Shown here: positions 35,683 to 42,857 of the stretch, piece by piece | Numbering within the stretch: position 1 is the first letter of the stretch | Layout: the number at the start of each line of letters is the position of its first letter | Origin: a virus | Lineage: Duplodnaviria; Caudoviricetes | Virus record (IMG/VR): IMGVR_UViG_3300020042_005083 | Location: 1-43,673 of that record | Length of the DNA stretch: 43,673 nucleotides | Direction: 5' to 3' (one strand) | Notes under the pieces: model-generated | What the model was told of the DNA's origin: nothing | Database searches by the model: none | What the model saw: the letters and a program-made list of their open reading frames with translations, nothing else | Position numbers and translations under genes: made by a program

Positions 35683-35936
35683 GCGTCCACCTGCACAATC
35701 GGGTGGACGTAAAAAGAATGGTGACCCAGTTCGGTCAGCACCGACTCGAGCAGTTCGATGGCGGGGGCATACTTCTCTTCGTGCTGGGTTCGCAGCAGGA
35801 AGATGACCTGCTCTGCGTACAAGGCGTTGCGCTGTTCATCGCTCAGGCGCTCGAAGCCACGCCCATATGCGTAGTCCAGATAGCGTTTAATCGAGGCGGC
35901 TTGCATCCCCTCCCATGTGACTTGTTTCTTGCTCAT
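35679..35936 (-). CDS. Hypothetical protein
   Basis: GAGGAG RBS before MSKKQV. Confidence 0.6.
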   Translation of the reverse strand: MSKKQVTWEGMQAASIKRYLDYAYGRGFERLSDEQRNALYAEQVIFLLRTQHEEKYAPAIELLESVLTELGHHSFYVHPIVQVDA

Positions 35937-35937
35937 C

Positions 35938-36123
35938 TCAGTTCTCCTCTGTAAACGTGTCGTAGGGGAGGCCGCAAGCCTCAATGATTTCCTCGTTCTG
36001 CGACTTCATCAGGTCTGCCAGCCTAGAGGACAGACCTGCCAAGAGTTCCCTCTCGGTCACAAACTCGGCTGCGTTATCTGACACGACGCTGAAAGCAATC
36101 GTGTATGCGTAGTTCTTGCTCAT
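35938..36123 (-). CDS. Small acidic hypothetical protein
   Basis: AGGAG RBS; 61 aa. Confidence 0.6.
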   Translation of the reverse strand: MSKNYAYTIAFSVVSDNAAEFVTERELLAGLSSRLADLMKSQNEEIIEACGLPYDTFTEEN

Positions 36124-36386
36124 TTCCGTTGATCTCCTGTTCGTGCATCACTACAAAACCATACTGTGGTGCCATTTTGCTCGGCCCAGAATTGATCTGG
36201 GTGCGGCTTCCATTCGCCACCGACATCGTCGTGCTTGGGGCGGCGCTTACTGACTGCGAAGTAAAGGTCGCCAATTGTGTAAACAATCGGCAGGGTGTAG
36301 CGTTGATACCTGCATTCCGATACCTCGGCAACATCCCAACCAATGGTCGAGGCGAGAATGGTGACCGACTTCATGTCAGACCCCAC
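36120..36386 (-). CDS. Hypothetical protein
   Basis: Operon packing; ECRYQRY...YTIGDLYFAVSKRRPK. Confidence 0.6.
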   Translation of the reverse strand: MGSDMKSVTILASTIGWDVAEVSECRYQRYTLPIVYTIGDLYFAVSKRRPKHDDVGGEWKPHPDQFWAEQNGTTVWFCSDARTGDQRK

Positions 36387-36568
36387 TCGGCCAGCAGTTC
36401 ATCATCAGGCTCGGCCTGAGCAGCAGGGACTGGATCAGCCCAGAGCCACGCACCGTCATAGGCGCTGCCCTCAGAGTTCTCGACCGCCAAATCAGCGGCG
36501 TCGGCAGCCGACTCGGCCTCGACCGATACCGTGATGACCTTGGTCAATTCGATAATGTAAGACTCCAC
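36371..36568 (-). CDS. Very acidic small protein (VEAESxxxA, DpnD/PcfM-like)
   Basis: 15 D/E versus 1 K in 65 aa. Confidence 0.6.
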   Translation of the reverse strand: MESYIIELTKVITVSVEAESAADAADLAVENSEGSAYDGAWLWADPVPAAQAEPDDELLAEWGLT

Positions 36569-36569
36569 C

Positions 36570-37328
36570 TCATTCTCCTTTGTTTAAACGTGGAACCAGA
36601 TAGCCAGCATAGTCAAGGGCAGCCTTGGCGTGTTCTAGGGGGGTCGAGTAATCCCGAAAGAAATCATTGCAGGGGTCTTTGAGATTCTGAATGCACCAGA
36701 GGTGATACTCGGCCCAACTCCAGAAGTGGGTGCCGCTGGCATCGTTGTCGATGCAGTCTCGATAGAACCTATCCCAATCCTCGACAGAATCCCCATCAGC
36801 CTGAGACCATCCGCCATCGCAATCCCAATTGCCGTCCTCATCACCCGTGAAATATAAAACCTCGACAAACCCCGCCTTGCGGCTAATCTCGATTCTGGAA
36901 TAGGTTACGTGCCATGTATCGCAGTCGCTGCAATAGTATGGGGTTCCATCGCCCGCCTCCGCATCATCCCAGCAAAAATCACCCTCGGGTTCGCCAGAGT
37001 CTGCGAGAAACTCCTCGACGGTGCGCGGTGTATGCGGCGGGCGCCGATAGGTGCGGAGCAGGTCAAGCGTCTTCTCTTGAATCCCCCGAATCTCATTGAA
37101 GTAATCCTGCGCCACCTTCTTGGCAGCGAGAACATCTTCACCTTCGTAAACGCCAAGGTCGCACTCGCTGCCGTTGGTCAGGATGGCGAAGACCTTGCCA
37201 CCCTCATTCCAATAGACTGCCTCGACCCAATCGAAGCCAAAGGTGCCCTCGAATTTGTAGGGTTCCCCATCCTCCTCACCGGGGAGGGTGCCGCATCCCG
37301 GCGGCAATGACCATCCGAACATTCCCAT
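36570..37328 (-). CDS. Acidic, aromatic-rich hypothetical protein
   Basis: GGAGG RBS before MGMFGWSLPPGC; D/E/W/Y-rich; CSDC. Confidence 0.65.
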   Translation of the reverse strand: MGMFGWSLPPGCGTLPGEEDGEPYKFEGTFGFDWVEAVYWNEGGKVFAILTNGSECDLGVYEGEDVLAAKKVAQDYFNEIRGIQEKTLDLLRTYRRPPHTPRTVEEFLADSGEPEGDFCWDDAEAGDGTPYYCSDCDTWHVTYSRIEISRKAGFVEVLYFTGDEDGNWDCDGGWSQADGDSVEDWDRFYRDCIDNDASGTHFWSWAEYHLWCIQNLKDPCNDFFRDYSTPLEHAKAALDYAGYLVPRLNKGE

Positions 37329-37329
37329 C

Positions 37330-37545
37330 TCAAGCCTCCAGTTCGTAAACGATGCGGACGTGTACCGATTCCTCTTCGAGGCAGGTCGCGGTGATACGCA
37401 TGACTTTCGCAATGTCTTGCGCCCTCTGCATCCGCGCAGCATCGGTGTCGCCGTGATACTCAGGCACCTCCAAGCGATGAGTCCATTCACCCTTGCGAAA
37501 ATCATGCTCTCGGGTCAATTCAACGTGTAGGTTTTTCATTCTCAT
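37330..37545 (-). CDS. Hypothetical protein
   Basis: GGGAG RBS; operon packing. Confidence 0.6.
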   Translation of the reverse strand: MRMKNLHVELTREHDFRKGEWTHRLEVPEYHGDTDAARMQRAQDIAKVMRITATCLEEESVHVRIVYELEA

Positions 37546-37553
37546 TCTCCCGT

Positions 37554-37793
37554 TTAAACGAATGAATCAGGGTTCTTGACCCATGCCCAAGGGTTGCTGC
37601 GAATCGGGCCATGCGGGGTGCCGCAGACAAGGCAGACCCCATCCTCGATGGGCGACTCGGTCTCGCAGGGTTCGCATTCGGCCCAGTAGTCCACCTTGAG
37701 GGTGCCCTTGAGGACGGCATCGAACACCGCCGACTGCCCCTTGGCTTCGTAGATTGCGACTGCCTTGTCGTAGTTGGTTTTTTTCTTGCTCAT
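37554..37793 (-). CDS. Small zinc-ribbon protein
   Basis: CEPC...CLVCG; AGGAG RBS. Confidence 0.65.
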   Translation of the reverse strand: MSKKKTNYDKAVAIYEAKGQSAVFDAVLKGTLKVDYWAECEPCETESPIEDGVCLVCGTPHGPIRSNPWAWVKNPDSFV

Positions 37794-37838
37794 GGTTCTC
37801 TCTCCTTTTGAATTGCCCCCCCACGGGGGGCGGGTTAA

Positions 37839-39611
37839 TTAAGCGGCTAATTTGATTTTGTTGAAGGCCACGGTGCCCAGCGATGCGATGCTGTTGACCG
37901 TCACGTTGTTGGGGTACACGCTGGACACGTCCATGTGAATGCCCAACCCAATGGTCGTCACCCCCATGCGCTCGCCCATATCGACCTGATGGCGAGTCGC
38001 TGGTGCGCCCATCCCGTCGGTGAGCATGAACAGCACCTTGCGCTCTGCCTTGTGGCGAATCAGCATCTCATGCGCGTAGCGCACGGCAAAGTAATCGTTG
38101 GTGCCGCCACCGTGAAGGACTCGGCGCAGGTCTGCTTCCTTGCGTTTAAACGGCTGGCCGAACGGCGACAAGACGCAGGTGCGATCCCCGAACAGCGCGA
38201 CACAGACATCGACCCCGGCAGCGGTCAGCGCCTCGGACAATGCGACGGTCGCGGCCACGGCAGTCGTGATCAGCCCGTCGCTGAACATCGACTCCGACAC
38301 GTCCAGCATCAGGACAACAGCGGAATCGATCCCGGCGGTCTCGACTCGGCGCTTGAAAACACGGGTGTTGCCCGTCGCCACAGAGTGCAAGGCAGCGACG
38401 TTGACCGAACCCGCACGGCGATGATGCTGGTGTTCCTCGAAGCCGGAATTTTCAAATAAACGGCGCACCTCGAAGCGCAACTTGCCCGACACGGCAGCGA
38501 CAGAGCGATGCTGCGCCGAGTTACGGAGGCGGGGGCGCAGGGCCACGCCAGACTCTTCGCTATACGTCCCGCCGAACATGCCCTCGGGAATGGTCGAGGT
38601 GCCCTGCATGGTCGGCTCGACCTCAAGGACGCGACCATTGAACCCTGCGGGACTCTTGCCGTTCTCTGGCAGGGCCTCAACAGCCTTGCCGGGAGCCTTG
38701 CCGGGAGCCTTGGCATCGCCCTGAGCATCGCCCTGAGCCTCGCCAACGCCCTTGCCAGTACCTTGCCCTTCACCCTCGCCTTGCGAGGCGTCCTGCGCCT
38801 CGCTAGACCCCTCTGCGGTGCCTTCGCCCTGACCTTCGCCCTGACCTTCGCCCTGACCTTCGCCTTCGCCCTGACCTTCGCCTTCTGATGGGCCTTCGCC
38901 GTCCGACTTGCCTTCAGCGTCAGGGTTGTCGCATGGGCGACCGTCTTCAGGCTGGTCAGGCTGGTCGCGCTGATCCTGCGGGATGCTGATCTGGTCGTAG
39001 ACCCAGCGGGCAATGACAATCGTGTCGGTTGTCGAGGTTGCCGTGTCAAGGCGGCGCTCGGCCTCCTCCCAGATGGACAAGAAATCGGCGGGGACGGGCA
39101 CCCGCTTGCAGAAACCGCGCGTGAAAACGGCGAGGCTGAACGGGTAAGCGCCGGGGGTGTTCCAGTTGGCGTGCGGGCTGGCAAGTGCCTCGGTGACCAT
39201 GCCGTCGAGCAGGGTGCCCAGCAGGTTGGTGACGTTGCCCAGCAGGTTGGTGGCAATTGCCTTGCGTTCGATGCGGGCGTCTTCCAGCGCATTCAGCAGG
39301 GTGCGAATGTAGGGGTTGTAGATCGAATAGATGGGCGTGAAGTCCGTCCATTTCCGGTGAAGCAGTTCATGGACAACGAACCCGACCCAACGTTGGAACA
39401 TCGCACGGGTTACGACAGAGTCGTCATCGATGTTGGCGAGGCACAGTTCGCCGCCGCCAGACATCGATGCGGTCTGGGTTTTGTCGCAGAAGCGCACGTT
39501 GATTGCGGGCAGTTCCAAGGCGGCGCAGATAGTGTGCGCGGCCAGCGTGAGGCCCCTGCGGGCCTCGAAGCCCTTCATTTTGGGCAGTCGCAGGGCGTGA
39601 TCAAGGTTCAT
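37839..39611 (-). CDS. CobT-like VWA protein (N-terminal HExxH domain, acidic linker, VWA domain)
   Basis: HELLH, NALEDARIE, (GEGQ)n linker, MIDAS-like DVSES...T...LTDG; GGAG RBS before MNLDHAL. Confidence 0.85.
   Translation of the reverse strand: MNLDHALRLPKMKGFEARRGLTLAAHTICAALELPAINVRFCDKTQTASMSGGGELCLANIDDDSVVTRAMFQRWVGFVVHELLHRKWTDFTPIYSIYNPYIRTLLNALEDARIERKAIATNLLGNVTNLLGTLLDGMVTEALASPHANWNTPGAYPFSLAVFTRGFCKRVPVPADFLSIWEEAERRLDTATSTTDTIVIARWVYDQISIPQDQRDQPDQPEDGRPCDNPDAEGKSDGEGPSEGEGQGEGEGQGEGQGEGQGEGTAEGSSEAQDASQGEGEGQGTGKGVGEAQGDAQGDAKAPGKAPGKAVEALPENGKSPAGFNGRVLEVEPTMQGTSTIPEGMFGGTYSEESGVALRPRLRNSAQHRSVAAVSGKLRFEVRRLFENSGFEEHQHHRRAGSVNVAALHSVATGNTRVFKRRVETAGIDSAVVLMLDVSESMFSDGLITTAVAATVALSEALTAAGVDVCVALFGDRTCVLSPFGQPFKRKEADLRRVLHGGGTNDYFAVRYAHEMLIRHKAERKVLFMLTDGMGAPATRHQVDMGERMGVTTIGLGIHMDVSSVYPNNVTVNSIASLGTVAFNKIKLAA
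38760..38885 (-). repeat. Low-complexity coding repeat (GEGQ)n
   Basis: CCTTCGCCCTGA tandem units on the + strand. Confidence 0.85.
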
Positions 39612-39651
39612 GATTTTCTCCGGTGATGTTGCGAACAAGGACTCGATGATA

Positions 39652-41163
39652 TCACAGATTGTCGAGCAGGTAGTCGGGATTGATGGTGGCAGCGTAAACG
39701 GCAGCCAGACCAGCAGCAGACTCGGACGGCTGGCGGGCAGCCACGGCGGCTTGCCAAGCCTCCGCTACTGGCATCCGGTCGAGAGCGCGGATGAAGGCGC
39801 AGACCGAACGGATGGACGGGGCATCGATAACGTCCCCGGTCTCGACCTTGCCTCGAGCCACGTTGATAGCCTCGACAACGTGCGTGGCGACCGCCAGCGT
39901 AGTGCCCGTGTGACGCATCACCGCAGCGATCTCTTGCGCGGGTTCCATGAACTTGAACGTGATCAGGCGGGCGAAGCGGTCGCAGAGCGCAGAGTTCATG
40001 GTGCGGGTGCCAGCGTACCTGCCGCTCTGGTCGCCGTTGCCCAACGTGTTATCGGCAGCGAACACCAACACGCCGGGAGCGCGGCGCCAGACTGACCCGC
40101 CAATGGTTACCGCCGCATTAGGCTCCAGCAGACCATTCAGCACGGCCAATTCCCCGCTATCGGTGTTACTGACCTCATCGAGCAGAATGACGCTCGAAGG
40201 GCAGGTGTATGCCATCAGGAAACCCTTAGGCTCGAAGACGGTCGCGCCGTTCACCAGACCCGTCGCGCCGATAAAGTCTTCCTGACCCGAGTGCTTTGTG
40301 AAGTTGATGCGTGTAAACGCACGACCCGTGCGGGCGGCGAACTGGCGGGCGGTCTCGGACTTCCCGGTGCCCTTCTCGCCACCGAACCAAGCATTCTCTC
40401 CGGTGTCCTGCGACAACAGCAGGTGCCTCAGGATGTCGGCGCTCCAGATGAAATTGTCGTCAACAGCAGGGGCGGCAGGGTGATCCCAGATATCGACCAT
40501 CACCTCGACACCCTTGCGGTCGGTCACCGAGATGTCGAAGACATCCACGCACGGCGCACGGCGCACCACAGTCGCGGCGACCATCGACCCGACAACGGCC
40601 TCGGCACCCGCATCAGCGACGGCAGCGGCAAATGGTTTAAACGCAGCGGCGACGGCCTCGGACACCTGCACCGCCACGGCGGCGTCATCGATGCGGATGT
40701 CGGCAACCTGAGCGCGAAGCGCAGCGGCTTGCGCGTCTGCCTTTTTGTCCAGCGCGGTCAGCGAGTCGCTCACCTTCAGGATGCCCTCGGCCAATGCGCC
40801 CCGGCTCTTGTCGAGTTCGATGGCGACTGCCTTCACCCCATCATCGAGACCCATCAGGCGGGACTGATGCGCCTGACCCAATGCCTTGACCTGATCCATC
40901 GCGCTCTTGAGCGCATCGACATCCTGCAACATCGCAGCACCGACAGAGGTAGCAGGGGCGGCAGGAACAGCCTTGCTGGCCCCGTAAACGTGGGCCTGAC
41001 CCGTCACCGACGCCAGCGTGATCGAGCAGTCTTCGATAGCGTCGGCCAATGCGTCACATGCGCTGCCCTTGTCCTTGAAGGGGATGCCGTGTTCGATGGC
41101 GGCAGCCTTGATGACATCAAGGCGCTGGCTCATCAGAATTTTGCGATTGTCTGCGCGGCTCAT
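39652..41163 (-). CDS. MoxR / CobS / CbbQ-type AAA+ ATPase with N-terminal coiled coil
   Basis: Walker A GEKGTGKS, Walker B ILLDE, sensor ADN, Arg finger LCDRF; start MSRADN is ATGA-coupled to the upstream gene. Confidence 0.88.
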   Translation of the reverse strand: MSRADNRKILMSQRLDVIKAAAIEHGIPFKDKGSACDALADAIEDCSITLASVTGQAHVYGASKAVPAAPATSVGAAMLQDVDALKSAMDQVKALGQAHQSRLMGLDDGVKAVAIELDKSRGALAEGILKVSDSLTALDKKADAQAAALRAQVADIRIDDAAVAVQVSEAVAAAFKPFAAAVADAGAEAVVGSMVAATVVRRAPCVDVFDISVTDRKGVEVMVDIWDHPAAPAVDDNFIWSADILRHLLLSQDTGENAWFGGEKGTGKSETARQFAARTGRAFTRINFTKHSGQEDFIGATGLVNGATVFEPKGFLMAYTCPSSVILLDEVSNTDSGELAVLNGLLEPNAAVTIGGSVWRRAPGVLVFAADNTLGNGDQSGRYAGTRTMNSALCDRFARLITFKFMEPAQEIAAVMRHTGTTLAVATHVVEAINVARGKVETGDVIDAPSIRSVCAFIRALDRMPVAEAWQAAVAARQPSESAAGLAAVYAATINPDYLLDNL

Positions 41164-41744
41164 TGTGCTGCCTCCTCTTCGATGTTGAACGTGTCGCCGT
41201 CGATGCCACAGACGGGCAGACCCTTGGCGGCCCACTTGTTGGACACCCGCACGATGTACCCGCAGGTCGGGCAGACTGCTTTGAGCATGCGGGTTGACTG
41301 CGTCTTAGGACGCTCTGCCGACAGAGCGGCGTGAGGGTAGTCACCCAGACCCGCGATGATGTTGCCGAAAGCCTCATCGAACAAGGCGGTCGGACGGGTC
41401 ACACGCCAGTTCACGCCCACAGGCTCGAGGCCCATTGCCTCGGCGGCCTTCTGGTAGGCGACCGTGGCGTGGCTAAGTGCGCCATTGGTTGCGTGGCACA
41501 ACTGGGCAACCAGCACGGCGACAACGTCACGGGGCTGATCCAGACTCGGGGCAACCATCACCTCGAGAGCGCGGTCGGCGCTGGCACCGTCAGGGAAAGC
41601 CTGACCCAACGCACCGGAGCGCGTAAACGTAGTTGGAAACGCGCAACTGACGCGAATCTTCGAGCAGAGCGGGAAACCCGCATCTGCGAACATGGGGCGG
41701 AACTCTTCCACCGCCGCGACAAGCCACTCTTCTCTGGTACTCAT
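41160..41744 (-). CDS. SprT-like protein with degenerate metal-binding motif and C-terminal zinc ribbon
   Basis: REEWL...IRVSCAFP...AQLCH (in place of HExxH)...STRMLKAVCPTCGYIVR...GLPVC; AGGAG RBS. Confidence 0.75.
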   Translation of the reverse strand: MSTREEWLVAAVEEFRPMFADAGFPLCSKIRVSCAFPTTFTRSGALGQAFPDGASADRALEVMVAPSLDQPRDVVAVLVAQLCHATNGALSHATVAYQKAAEAMGLEPVGVNWRVTRPTALFDEAFGNIIAGLGDYPHAALSAERPKTQSTRMLKAVCPTCGYIVRVSNKWAAKGLPVCGIDGDTFNIEEEAAQ

Positions 41745-41801
41745 GGTTTCCACTCCTTGAGGTGGGGCGGTGCCGACTGACACCTCGAACCCCTGACTGT
41801 G

Positions 41802-41830
41802 ATGATAGTGCGAACATCGTTTAGATGCAA
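41802..41830 (-). promoter_or_regulatory. Sigma70-type promoter of the SprT-like / MoxR / VWA operon
   Basis: Minus strand TTGCAT-17 nt-TATCAT; spacer contains TGTTCGCA; AT-rich sequence upstream. Confidence 0.7.
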
Positions 41831-41854
41831 GCGTTTAATTGAGCGATGTACTGG

Positions 41855-41895
41855 TCTCAATCGCAAGCCCTGACTCGCAGGGCAAGCGGCTGAAA
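41855..41895 (-). repeat. Conserved intergenic hairpin, copy 1 (copy 2 at 42816-42855)
   Basis: Plus-strand TCGCAAGCCCT-N6/7-AGGGCAAGCGG.TGAAATC occurs twice, each just downstream of a minus-strand stop codon. Confidence 0.85.
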
Positions 41896-42081
41896 TCAGC
41901 CAGCAAGGGTGCGAAACCATGCGACCGCCTCACGCATCAGGCGGAACTCGCGCACGGGTTTGCCGTCCACCTCGACCAGCCACTCGACCGTGTCGCGGGT
42001 GTTGCCGTAGGACATGGCCCTGCGATACAGCGCCACGCCCCCCTTGAGCAGGTAAGGCTTTCCCCATGTCAGGCCGCTCAT
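41896..42081 (-). CDS. Hypothetical protein
   Basis: ATGA coupling at MSGLTWGKP. Confidence 0.6.
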   Translation of the reverse strand: MSGLTWGKPYLLKGGVALYRRAMSYGNTRDTVEWLVEVDGKPVREFRLMREAVAWFRTLAG

Positions 42082-42314
42082 GCTGCGCCCCCATTGAATG
42101 AGGTGCTGACGATGGCGCAATAAACGGCATCGTTGTACCCGCATGTTCCAACGGCCAGCAGCGCCTTCAAGTGACTGCGAGCCACGCGCTTGCGGGTGAC
42201 GCAATCGATGGGATGCCGCGCGTTAAACGCACGGCGCTCGGCGGCGCTGCGAAACGCAAGCAGGACTGTTTCGGAGAACCCGCCCAAGTGAATGGTTTGA
42301 TATGCGTACTTCAT
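42078..42314 (-). CDS. Hypothetical protein
   Basis: ATGA coupling; LLAFRSAAERRAF. Confidence 0.6.
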   Translation of the reverse strand: MKYAYQTIHLGGFSETVLLAFRSAAERRAFNARHPIDCVTRKRVARSHLKALLAVGTCGYNDAVYCAIVSTSFNGGAA

Positions 42315-42532
42315 GCCAGCGACTCCATCTCAGCCAGCGCGTCCGTTGCCGACAACGTCTGAGTGGTGTGAGCCTCCCAGATGATGCCGCTGATGTCGGG
42401 GTTCTCATGGGCCTTGGCAAGGCTGATGAAATCGTTTGCCTCCTTCAGCAGGTTAAACGTCTGCATCCACGCCAGTTCCTCCTCGCCTGAGCGGCGACCG
42501 AGACAGACCCAAACCAAACGCGAGGCGCTCAT
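42311..42532 (-). CDS. Hypothetical protein
   Basis: ATGA coupling; GAGG RBS. Confidence 0.6.
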   Translation of the reverse strand: MSASRLVWVCLGRRSGEEELAWMQTFNLLKEANDFISLAKAHENPDISGIIWEAHTTQTLSATDALAEMESLA

Positions 42533-42789
42533 GCTGACACCTCATCGAGCAGGGCGCGGGCATCAGCCAAAGCGCGGGCAGCGGAGCGAATGCGCCAGAC
42601 GGGGGTCGGGCTATCGACTTCGAGGGCAAGGCCAACGACCCAGCCAGCGCGGCTCAGGGCGCCAGCGGCTTGCGTGTCTGACGTAAACGCCAGACCATCA
42701 GCATCGATGAGGCGACCCAGCACCGCGAGGACGCGAGCCGACAATTCGGGGGTCAGGACTTGGGTTTTCTTGGTTTCGGTGTTGAGCAT
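42529..42789 (-). CDS. Hypothetical protein
   Basis: GGAG RBS; ARALL...EVSA C-terminus. Confidence 0.6.
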   Translation of the reverse strand: MLNTETKKTQVLTPELSARVLAVLGRLIDADGLAFTSDTQAAGALSRAGWVVGLALEVDSPTPVWRIRSAARALADARALLDEVSA

Positions 42790-42857
42790 GAGGCTCTCCG
42801 GTAACGCGCGGAAGGTCGCACTCGCAAGCCCTCAACAGAGGGCAAGCGGGTGAAATC

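Noticed and set aside
37813-37833. Terminator after the VWA gene
   Set aside because: A GC hairpin is present but there is no U tract on the minus strand; it is followed directly by the next RBS, so it is more likely a stabilising stem
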